Shown: positions 26,505 to 35,343 of the stretch, piece after piece
Numbering within the stretch: the stretch's first letter is position 1
Layout of the letters: every line of letters begins with the position of its first letter
Source: Desulfatiglandales bacterium
GTDB lineage: Bacteria > Desulfobacterota > DSM-4660 > Desulfatiglandales > Desulfatiglandaceae
DNA: 64,000 nt
Direction of reading: 5' to 3'
NCBI GenBank assembly: GCA_963662465.1
Contig: OY759599.1
Span: forward strand, 7,488,001 to 7,552,000
Translations under genes and position numbers: made by a program
The notes under the pieces: generated by a model
Database searches by the model: none
What the model was told of the DNA's origin: nothing
The model's input: only the letters and a program-made list of their open reading frames with translations

Positions 26505-28331
26505 ATGTGTGGTATTATTTGCTACGTGGGACAGAAAAGCGCAAAACCAATTCTGCTGGAAGGACTGAAACGACTTGAATATCGAGGGTACGATTCGGCG
26601 GGTCTGGCAGTGCAAAATGGGAATGAAATTTCCTGTTATCGAGAACTGGGAAAAATTGCGAGTCTGGAAGCCCTGGTGGATGGTCAGCTCATGGAAGGGA
26701 CCAGCGGTATTGCCCACACCCGGTGGGCTACCCACGGTGAACCCTCGGTTGCAAACGCCCATCCCCAGCGGGATGAGAAAGAAAACGTTTTTGTCATTCA
26801 TAACGGCATTATCGAGAACTACCACATCCTGAAAAAGCAACTGGAAAAAAAAGGCATTACGTTCAGATCCGAGACCGATACCGAAGTCCTGGCGCAGTTG
26901 ATCGCCCTTTACTTTGACGGCGACCTGGCCGATGCCGTGAGAAAAACCATGGGGCAGGTGGAAGGGACCTTCGGTCTGGGCGTCATTCACCGGTATGTTC
27001 CCGGTCAGATCGTTGTGGCCAGACGGGGAAGTCCCCTCATTATCGGCGTCAGTGATGATGGCCATTTTGTGGCCTCCGATGTGTCGGCCATGGTGCGCTA
27101 CACCAATAAGGTGGTGCATCTTCAGGAAAACGAGTTGGCCACGATTACCGCGGATGATTTTTCCATTTCCACGGCCCAGGCCCTACCCATTGTGCGAAGC
27201 ACGGAAACCGTTGAATGGCGTGCCGAAGATGCGGAATTGAATGGATTTCCCCACTTCATGCTGAAGGAGATTTACGAACAAGCCCACACCATTAAGGATG
27301 CATTCCGGGGTCGATTGGAACCGGGTGAAGGGGTTCCCAAACTGGGTGGGATTATGCCCGTTTGGGAGGATCTCAAAAATTGTCGTCATATGGTTTTGGT
27401 GGCGTGCGGCACCTCTTATTATGCGGCCTGTGTGGGAAAGTACATCTTTGAAAAACTAACTGAAATTGATACGGAAGTGGGGCTGGCTTCCGAGTTTCGG
27501 TATCGAAAATTGAATTTCCCCCCCAACACTTTCGTAGTCGCCATCAGCCAGTCAGGGGAAACAGCGGATACCCTTGCCGCCATCAGGGAAGCAAAACGGA
27601 AAGGCGCCCGCCTCCTCGGCATCGTCAACGTGGTGGGCAGTTCCATCTCCCGGGAAACGGATGCGGGTATCTATAACCACGCAGGTCCTGAAATCGGCGT
27701 GGCCTCCACCAAAAATTTCACCTCCCAACTGACCATCCTTACCCTGCTGGCCTTGCTTCTGGGACGACATCAGCATCTCTCTCTTACTGAGGGGATTCAG
27801 GCCATTCGCGCACTTGAAGCCTTGCCCGAACAGGTGCGGGAAGTGCTGGGGCAGGCCAGCCACATCGAGGCCATTGCGGAGAAATACTGCCATTGTACCA
27901 ACTGGCTTTTCCTGGGGCGAAAATACAATTACCCCGTTGCCCTGGAAGGCGCCCTGAAGCTTAAGGAAGTGTCCTATATTCACGCGGAAGGGTATGCCGC
28001 GGGAGAAATGAAGCATGGCCCCATTGCGCTGATCAATCCCGAAATGCCCACCGTGGCCATTATTCCCAATGATGAGATGTATGAAAAGATGCTCAGCAAC
28101 ATCCATGAGATCAAGAGCCGTAAAGGGCCCGTGATTGCCATTGCCACCCAGGGAGATGAAAGGGTGAGGGCTTTGGCGGACGACATCATCGAGATTCCGC
28201 CCGTCCTCGACTTTTTGAGTCCCATCCTGGCCGTGATCCCCTGCCAGTTGCTGGCTTATTACTGCGCTAAATTCCTTGAAAGGGATATCGATAAACCCCG
28301 TAACCTGGCGAAGAGTGTTACTGTGGAGTAG
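26505..28331 (+). CDS. glmS: Glutamine-fructose-6-phosphate transaminase
   Basis: MCGI, HTRWATHG, SQSGETAD, GEMKHGPIAL, PRNLAKSVTVE. Confidence 0.98.
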   Translation: MCGIICYVGQKSAKPILLEGLKRLEYRGYDSAGLAVQNGNEISCYRELGKIASLEALVDGQLMEGTSGIAHTRWATHGEPSVANAHPQRDEKENVFVIHNGIIENYHILKKQLEKKGITFRSETDTEVLAQLIALYFDGDLADAVRKTMGQVEGTFGLGVIHRYVPGQIVVARRGSPLIIGVSDDGHFVASDVSAMVRYTNKVVHLQENELATITADDFSISTAQALPIVRSTETVEWRAEDAELNGFPHFMLKEIYEQAHTIKDAFRGRLEPGEGVPKLGGIMPVWEDLKNCRHMVLVACGTSYYAACVGKYIFEKLTEIDTEVGLASEFRYRKLNFPPNTFVVAISQSGETADTLAAIREAKRKGARLLGIVNVVGSSISRETDAGIYNHAGPEIGVASTKNFTSQLTILTLLALLLGRHQHLSLTEGIQAIRALEALPEQVREVLGQASHIEAIAEKYCHCTNWLFLGRKYNYPVALEGALKLKEVSYIHAEGYAAGEMKHGPIALINPEMPTVAIIPNDEMYEKMLSNIHEIKSRKGPVIAIATQGDERVRALADDIIEIPPVLDFLSPILAVIPCQLLAYYCAKFLERDIDKPRNLAKSVTVE

Positions 28332-28356
28332 GGCTCGGTCGGAATGAAAGACATTT

Positions 28357-28609
28357 TTGTGGAACAGCTTACAAGACCGCAGGAAAAGACGACATCATCC
28401 GGGCGTTGAAGGAAGCGCTGGAGCGAAAGGAGATGATAACATGAGTACGTTGGCGGAGCAGCGGATTGAAGAGGGTGTTCAAAAGGGAATCCGGACAGGT
28501 ACAATACTGGGGTTTCGAGAAGGTGTTAAGAAGACGGCTTTTTTCCTGATGGTTTTCCTTGTTCCGGTGTTTTCGTTGTCGTTAAACGGGTCGGAAAGAA
28601 AATCGAGGG
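28357..28609 (+). pseudogene. Collapsed Rpn remnant fused to the signal-peptide remnant of the caspase-DUF1566 gene
   Basis: Colinear fragments matching 32209 ff. (GAACAGCTTACAAGACC), 32890-33040 (KDDIIRALKEALE..MSTLAEQ) and 35344-35410. Confidence 0.8.
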
Positions 28610-29992
28610 ATGCTCTTTTTTTACGCCGGTCACGGTGAGACCGAAACCCTGTCCGACGGCGCCAAGATGGGTTACATCGTTCCACGGGATTGCCCCGTGT
28701 TGAAGCTGGACCCGCAGGGTTTTGCGGCACACGCCGTCAGCATGCGTGAAATCGAATCGGCATCCTTGAAGATTCGGTGCAAGCATGTCCTGATGCTCTT
28801 TGATTCCTGTTTTTCAGGGGCTCTTTTTTCCCTGGTGCGAGCGGTCCCGGACGATATCACCGAAAAAAGCCTGCTCCCCGTCCGGCAGTACATCACCGCC
28901 GGAACGGAGGAGGAAAGCGTACCCGATAAAAGCACCTTTAAACGATGTCTTATGATTGGTCTGGGCGGCAGCGCGGACCTGACGGGGGACGGCTACATCA
29001 CGGGGTCGGAACTGGGGATGTATCTGGCGGACAAGGTGGTTAACTATACCCACCGTCAGCAGCATCCCCAATACGGAAAGATCAATAACCCGGAACTGGA
29101 CCAGGGGGACTTCGTCTTTGCGCTGAAGCGTTCCGAGCCGAAGAAAATCGTTGCTCCCGCAAAAGCCCCGCCAGTGATGCAGGCATCCGCCAAACCCCAG
29201 GTTGATATGGACGCGCTTCTTGAAAAAGTCCGGCAAAAGCAGGAAGCCATCAGAAAAGCGCGAGAAGCGCTTTTGGCCAAGGCGAAAGAACTGAAGGTTG
29301 ATCTGGAAAAATACAACATGATATTGCAAGCAAAGCTGGATGAGACCCTGGAACTGGCCGCATGGGAACTGTTGGCTATGAAATACCCGGAATGGACGCA
29401 AAACGTAAAAACCGGGGATACCACTCAATTGGTTCGAAATGTATTGGCGCAAGATCCGGATGGGTTGTTTAAAAAGATTTTTGAACCCGGCGCCGGCAAA
29501 GGATACGTCAGAAGTCCTCAAAACCTGTCGAAGCATAAGCCTTCCGTTTCGACCGCGGTAAAACCCGGGGAAACAACGAGCGACGGTCGCTTTATCGCCA
29601 ATTCCGACGGAACGGTTCTGGATACCAAAACGAAGCTTATGTGGTCAAGTTCGAACTTGGATGTGCCTAATTTTAACTATGGTCATGATAATGCTGAAAA
29701 GTGTTGTACGGGGTATCGAGGGGGTGGATACTCGGACTGGCGCATGCCGACCCTTGATGAGTTGGAGGGCCTTTACGATGAAAAGGTGACCAATGAACAC
29801 GGCTATCACATAACAAAACTGATTAATGTGGGTGCCGAGCTTATCTGGGCGGATAACAATAGTTGGGGTGGGGAGGGGGCATTCAGTTTCAAAAAAGGTT
29901 CAGTGATCCCTATAGATTCTAAACCAAGTGTAGGTGGGTATTTTTATACGGATGCCAGTACAGGGGCGTTGCCGGTGCGAACTGCGAATTGA
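28610..29992 (+). pseudogene. N-terminally truncated caspase-like (C14) plus DUF1566 protein, paralog of 35344-37056
   Basis: YAGHG and FDSCFSG dyad; DGTVLDTKTKLMW, DWRMPTLDEL; lacks about 110 N-terminal residues of the paralog. Confidence 0.8.
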
Positions 29993-30152
29993 ATATTATG
30001 GTTATTTGATGATCTAGGGGGAGGAAAAACATTTTCGTATTTTTTCGGCAGGGTAATCTACGAAAGTGTGGGCCCTCATTGAATGGTAGATTCAGGTTCC
30101 GGACGGCAGCCCCCCTTATTTCCTAATAACCTGTCACAAAAAACAAGAAAAT

Positions 30153-30176
30153 CTTTGCGCCTTTGCGTCTTTGCGC
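30153..30176. repeat. Octamer tandem repeat CTTTGCG(C/T) x3
   Basis: Read directly from sequence. Confidence 0.75.
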
Positions 30177-30227
30177 GAGATATTTTGGTTGCGGTTATCC
30201 GCGTTAGAAAGGAATATTCGTCCTATC

Positions 30228-31232
30228 CTAATTAATTTCAGAGATCTTCCCGCCCTTGTCAGCAGGCCCTTGCGTACCCTGAAGGCGGCGTAACACCCCT
30301 TCAAATGCCTCAATATCTGCACACCTGAACGTCTGCTTGAAAAGAGATTTTAAGCTGAACAGAGAGTCGATCCCCGCGATCTCTTCCTGGATCGCAGTTG
30401 TTACAATGCCGAATTTCTCAAGCAAAAAATCCAGAAGCATTTCCCGAGTGGCAGACACCGTACCCAGTGTCTTGCCTTCCTGGATGCCCAGTGTCTTGCC
30501 TTCCTGGATGCCCAGTGTTTTGCCTTCCTCAATTCCCTTTTCCATCGCGATTTCTATGATATCCAGCATCTTTATCTCCTCCCACATCTTCATAAGACGT
30601 TTTTTGTCAATCATCTTGTTGGCCAGAATCAACGTCGCGGCGGGCAGGCGGGCCGATATCTTGTTTTCCCGGAGAAGCTCCGCTTGAAAATGAACCACTT
30701 CTTCCACAAACCGGGCGCGGTTCTCTCCCTTTTCCTTCCCATACAGCGGCAATATTACCAGTTCCAGCCAATTCCTGAATGTACCCGCCTTGATCTCTTC
30801 GCGAATTTCCCGAAGCCGTTTTGCGCCATCCCGTTTGCTGAAATCGATCACCAGCGGCGCATACCTGCCACTCGTGGTATCGATGCTCAATTCTCCTGTT
30901 TCCACATCTCCGGATGCCAGAATCACATCCATCATCCCCGGTCCCCATTTTCCGGCGCCCATGAAGTGGTATGCCGCAAAACGATACAAATCCGAGCGCT
31001 TCAGGTTCCGTTGCTCCTCCAAATGAAAAAGCGCGCCTGTCCTGTCGCGCACCATTACATCCACCCGTCCCGCTTTCACGCTGATGTCCACCGGTTCAAA
31101 TGCAAACACCTCTTCAACCGGGGCGGTCTTGAGCCCGATGGCATCAAGGGTTTGGCCCTTAAGGGCGTCCGCAATCCATTTTACAATGAAATCATAATTC
31201 TGGAAATAGTCGGTTCCGTTTCTGCTTTCCAA
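30228..31232 (-). CDS. Divergent Rpn/PD-(D/E)XK-like protein with C-terminal EG-repeat tail
   Basis: YDFIVK, RVDVMV..FHLEEQ nuclease-like motif, (Q/E)EGKTLG x3 as a 24-bp repeat, LLEKFG tail. Confidence 0.7.
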   Translation of the reverse strand: MESRNGTDYFQNYDFIVKWIADALKGQTLDAIGLKTAPVEEVFAFEPVDISVKAGRVDVMVRDRTGALFHLEEQRNLKRSDLYRFAAYHFMGAGKWGPGMMDVILASGDVETGELSIDTTSGRYAPLVIDFSKRDGAKRLREIREEIKAGTFRNWLELVILPLYGKEKGENRARFVEEVVHFQAELLRENKISARLPAATLILANKMIDKKRLMKMWEEIKMLDIIEIAMEKGIEEGKTLGIQEGKTLGIQEGKTLGTVSATREMLLDFLLEKFGIVTTAIQEEIAGIDSLFSLKSLFKQTFRCADIEAFEGVLRRLQGTQGPADKGGKISEIN

Positions 31233-31292
31233 AGGTTATCTCCGTGCCGATCCCGCTTCGTTATGAATTTTTCAGACTTCCCGCACACTTGA

Positions 31293-31321
31293 AACATATC
31301 CCATTTACATGTTTGTGTCAA
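31293..31321 (-). promoter_or_regulatory. sigma70-type promoter of the 31232 gene
   Basis: Minus strand TTGACA-N17-TATGTT. Confidence 0.55.
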
Positions 31322-31534
31322 AGTTTTCTCGTTCCCACGTTCTGTGGGGCGGACTGGGGTCGAACCAAGCCAACTGCCTGAATTCCAGCCAAAGATATTT
31401 TAAATTTTGGCTGCCGACGTAAGGCGGGACAGTTTCTCATTTGTTTGAACCTTGATTTTCTTGATTTCTTGATTTTTCATTCACGCTGCCGAGCATCATC
31501 ACGGCGATCAAGAACGTCTTTTTCATCAAGGTTC

Positions 31535-31742
31535 GGTAATCCCTACAAAACAGTGCAGGTCAATAATTTTAGAGGTGTACGGACCGGATGCACGACGTTT
31601 GTAGTGACGCCGTAAGGCGTTTGGTTGTATGACCACCCCCATGCCCTCACGAGCACACTACAAACTTAAAGATATCTCATTACAGCTCCTGTGCCTCCAA
31701 AATAGCTGATTTTTATACCTGCACTGTTTTGTAGGGATTGCC
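31535..31742. mobile_element. 208-bp MITE with 26-bp terminal inverted repeats and an 8-bp target duplication
   Basis: TIRs GG(T/C)AATCCCTACAAAACAGTGCAGGT at 31535-31560 and 31717-31742; CAAGGTTC duplicated at 31527-31534 and 31743-31750. Confidence 0.92.
31597..31665. repeat. REP/REPIN-like inverted element inside the MITE
   Basis: GTTTGTAGTG...CACTACAAAC arms with internal ACGCC-GTAA-GGCGT hairpin. Confidence 0.6.
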
Positions 31743-32208
31743 CAAGGTTCGGCCTTGCTCATCGTTCCGGCCATTTGTTGGGGCGAAAAACCCTTTTTTA
31801 AACTGTGCGCCCCGATAAACCTATGTTTCATAATCAAGCAATCCCGGCATCCTTTTTAATCATGGTTCAAGATGATGCCGCCAACGCCGAATTGCAAGGC
31901 AACGAGCACTGCCTAAATTGTCCCGGCTTGTGGCTGTAGCGGAAAACGGGAACGCGGGGTAATCCTGCACAAAAGCCTTGTGTGAACCGCAACCATAAGA
32001 TATCATTTGCCACCGGGGAAGCGACAATTCCCTTGTTGTGAGCGTTTGGTAGGTGTCGGATTTTCAGTGCGGAGGGGAGAATCAATTGCGAAAACAGGCA
32101 AATATCCGCTGAAAGCATGAATTTCAAAAGGGTGTTTCCTATGCCACATTATCTGACGCTTCCCGGCACCCGGGCGTTGCCGGTATGCGCTCACAATTGA
32201 ACATTACC

Positions 32209-33243
32209 ATGGAACAGCTTACAAGACCCCACGATCTGTTTTTTAAGGAATCATTTTCGCGGATAGAAACGGCGCGTGATTTTGTGCGCCACTATCTGCC
32301 GGCGGAAATAACCGCTTTGTTGAAGCTTGAGACCCTTGAAATCACCAAGGACAGCTTTGTGGACAAAAAGCTCAAAGAGCGGTTCTCGGATTTGGTGTAC
32401 CGGGTGGCGCTGAAAGAAGGCGGGTCTGTTTACGTATATCTTCTCTTTGAACACAAAAGCCATCCTGAACCCGAAGTGGCACTGTACCTCTTGTCGTGCA
32501 TGGTCCAGTTGTGGAACCAGCGTCTGAAGCAGAACCTGAAGCCGCCGCTGTCTCCGATCATCCCGCTGGTGGTTTATCACGGTCAGGAGAAATGGACTGC
32601 TTCCCGAGCGTTTCAAGACCTGGTGTTTACGCCTGAGGCCATGAAACCGTTTGTTCCTGATTTTTCGTACCGGCTGTGGGATCTGTCGGATTATACGGAC
32701 CATGAGATTAAGGGCGGAGTGTCTCTGAAGGTGGCAGCTCTTTTATTGAAGCATATATTCTCTGAAAACATAGGGGAAAAACTCCCCGGTATTTTCAAGC
32801 TTCTTAGAAGCATCATCGACGCGCGCAGCGGTTTGGAATATCTTGAAGCCGCTCTTCGGTATGTGTCGTCCGGCAGCAGTCATGTGGAGAAGGACGACAT
32901 CATACGGGCGTTGAAGGAAGCGCTGGAAGAGAAAGGAGAGGATGACATGAGCACATTGGCGGAGCAGTGGATTGAAGAGGGTGTTCAAAAAGGAATCAAG
33001 AAAGGTAAAATACTGGGGCTGAAAGAAGGCGTGAAGAAGGGCGTCAAGGCCGGCAAGATCCAGGAGGCCCGGGAGATGGTGCTTGAAGCCGTCGCATCCA
33101 GATTTGGCACGGCGCCTGACGATATTGTAAAAGAGATCAATGCCGTAAACAACCGTGCGCTTCTCAAGTTGCTGCTCAGGCAGGCAATTGTGTGTACGGA
33201 TATAAACGTCTTTTGGAAAACCCTTCGTGAACTGAGGGAGTAA
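32209..33243 (+). CDS. Rpn/YhgA-like recombination-promoting nuclease, copy 1
   Basis: HDLFFKESFS, SFVD, SDLVY, LFEHKS, PIIPLVVYHG, MSTLAEQW..EG..KG tail. Confidence 0.92.
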   Translation: MEQLTRPHDLFFKESFSRIETARDFVRHYLPAEITALLKLETLEITKDSFVDKKLKERFSDLVYRVALKEGGSVYVYLLFEHKSHPEPEVALYLLSCMVQLWNQRLKQNLKPPLSPIIPLVVYHGQEKWTASRAFQDLVFTPEAMKPFVPDFSYRLWDLSDYTDHEIKGGVSLKVAALLLKHIFSENIGEKLPGIFKLLRSIIDARSGLEYLEAALRYVSSGSSHVEKDDIIRALKEALEEKGEDDMSTLAEQWIEEGVQKGIKKGKILGLKEGVKKGVKAGKIQEAREMVLEAVASRFGTAPDDIVKEINAVNNRALLKLLLRQAIVCTDINVFWKTLRELRE

Positions 33244-33336
33244 TGTGCCGGTGGTCGGTATGCCGTCCATGAATGCAACATTCTGTAAAATCCGGACATC
33301 ATCGGCGACTATACGCCGGGATAATTGAACATTACC

Positions 33337-34371
33337 ATGGAACAGCTTACAAGACCCCACGATCTGTTTTTTAAGGAATCATTTTCGCGGATAGAAACGG
33401 CGCGTGATTTTGTGCGCCACTATCTGCCGGCGGAAATAACCGCTTTGTTGAAGCTTGAGACCCTTGAAATCACCAAGGACAGCTTTGTGGACAAAAAGCT
33501 GAAAGAGCGGTTCTCGGATTTGGTGTACCGGGTGGCGCTGAAAGAAGGCGGGTCTGTTTACGTATATCTTCTCTTTGAACACAAAAGCCATCCTGAACCC
33601 GAAGTGGCGCTGTACCTCCTGTCGTGCATGGTCCAGTTGTGGAACCAGCGTCTGAAGCAGAACCTGAAGCCGCCGCTGCCTCCGATCATCCCGATGGTGG
33701 TTTATCACGGTCAGGAGGAATGGACTGTTTCCCGAGCGTTTCAAGACCTGGTGTTTACGCCTGAGGCCATGAAACCGTTCGTTCCAGATTTTTCGTACCG
33801 GCTGTGGGATCTGTCGGATTATACGGACCATGAGATTAAAGGGGGTGTGTCTCTGAAGGTGGCCGCCCTTTTACTGAAGCACATATTCTCTGAAAACATA
33901 GGGGAAAAACTCCCCGGTATTTTCAAGCTTCTTAGAAGTATCATCGACGCGCGCAGCGGTTTAGAATATCTTGAAGCCGCCCTTCGGTATGTGTCGTCCG
34001 GCAGCCGTCATGTGGAGAAGGACGACATCATACGGGCGTTGAAGGAAGCGCTGGAAGAGAAAGGAGAGGATGACATGAGTACATTGGCGGAGCAGTGGAT
34101 TGAAGAGGGCGTTCAAAAAGGACTCAAGAAAGGTAAAATACTGGGTCTGAAAGAAGGGGTGAAGAAGGGTGTCAAGGCCGGCAAGATCCAGGAGGCCCGG
34201 GAGATGGTGCTTGAAGCGGTCGCATCGAGATTTGGTAAGGCGCCTGACGACATCGTAAATGAGATCAATGCCGTAAACAACCGTGCGCTTCTCAAGTTGC
34301 TGCACAGGCAGGCAATTGTGTGTACGGATCTAAACGTTTTTTGGAAAACCCTTTGTGAACTGAGGGAGTAA
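33337..34371 (+). CDS. Rpn/YhgA-like nuclease, copy 2
   Basis: Near-identical to copy 1, offset 1128 bp. Confidence 0.92.
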   Translation: MEQLTRPHDLFFKESFSRIETARDFVRHYLPAEITALLKLETLEITKDSFVDKKLKERFSDLVYRVALKEGGSVYVYLLFEHKSHPEPEVALYLLSCMVQLWNQRLKQNLKPPLPPIIPMVVYHGQEEWTVSRAFQDLVFTPEAMKPFVPDFSYRLWDLSDYTDHEIKGGVSLKVAALLLKHIFSENIGEKLPGIFKLLRSIIDARSGLEYLEAALRYVSSGSRHVEKDDIIRALKEALEEKGEDDMSTLAEQWIEEGVQKGLKKGKILGLKEGVKKGVKAGKIQEAREMVLEAVASRFGKAPDDIVNEINAVNNRALLKLLHRQAIVCTDLNVFWKTLCELRE

Positions 34372-34464
34372 TGTGCCGGTGGTCGGTATGCCGTCCATGA
34401 ATGCAACATTCTGTAAAATCCGGACATCAGTGGCGACCACACGCCGGGATAATTGAACATTACC

Positions 34465-35204
34465 ATGGAACAGCTTACAAGACCCCACGATCTGTTTTTC
34501 AAAGAATCATTTTCGCGGATAGAAACGGCGCGTGATTTTGTGCGCCACTATCTGCCAGCGGAAATAACCGCTTTGTTGAAGCTTGAGACCCTTGAAATCA
34601 CCAAGGACAGCTTTGTGGACAAAAAGCTCAAAGAGCGGTTCTCGGATTTGGCGTACCGGGTGGCGCTGAAAGAAGGCGGGTCTGTTTACGTATATCTTCT
34701 CTTTGAACACAAAAGCCATCCTGAACCCGAAGTGGCGCTGTATCTCTTGTCGTGCATGGTCCAGTTGTGGAACCAGCGTCTGAAACAGAACCTGAAGCCG
34801 CTCTTCGGTATGTGTCGTCCGGCAGCCGTCATGTGGAGAAGGACGACATCATACGGGCGTTGAAGGAAGCGCTGGAAGAGAAAGGAGAGGATGACATGAG
34901 CACATTGGCGGAGCAGTGGATTGAAGAGGGCCTTCAAAAAGGAATCAAGAAAGGTAAAATACTGGGTCTGAAAGAAGGGGTGAAGAAGGGCCTGGAGAAG
35001 GGCATCAAGGCCGGCAAGATCCAGAATGCCCGGGAGATGGTGCTTGAAGCCGTCGTATCGAGATTTGGCACGGCGCCTGACGATATTGTAAATGAGATCA
35101 ATGCCGTAAACAACCGGGCGCTTCTCAAGTTGCTGCACAGGCAGGCAATTGTGTGTACGGATCTAAACGTTTTTTGGAAAACCCTTCGTGAACTGAGGGA
35201 GTAA
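34465..35204 (+). pseudogene. Rpn copy 3 with a 307-bp frameshifting deletion; C-terminal ORF 34896-35204 intact
   Basis: Junction at about 34793-34801 joins two TGAAGCCGC sites that lie 307 bp apart in copy 1. Confidence 0.9.
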
Positions 35205-35343
35205 TGCGTCGGTGATCGGCATGCCGTTCATGAATGCAAAACTCCGGTTTTGACCTTGATTTGCTGTTACAAAAACAGTATCTTTCAAGCGGTTTGAAGC
35301 CGTCGATTGGGCATTTTTTTCGCGTATCACAGGGAGGTTTCAG

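Noticed and set aside
31750..32200. Coding or structured-RNA function for the intergenic stretch before the Rpn array
   Set aside because: Only short motif-less ORFs and no convincing stable structure seen
33244..35230. Repeated inter-Rpn spacers as a CRISPR or ncRNA array
   Set aside because: They are part of the 1128-bp gene duplication unit; there are no unique spacers and no cas genes
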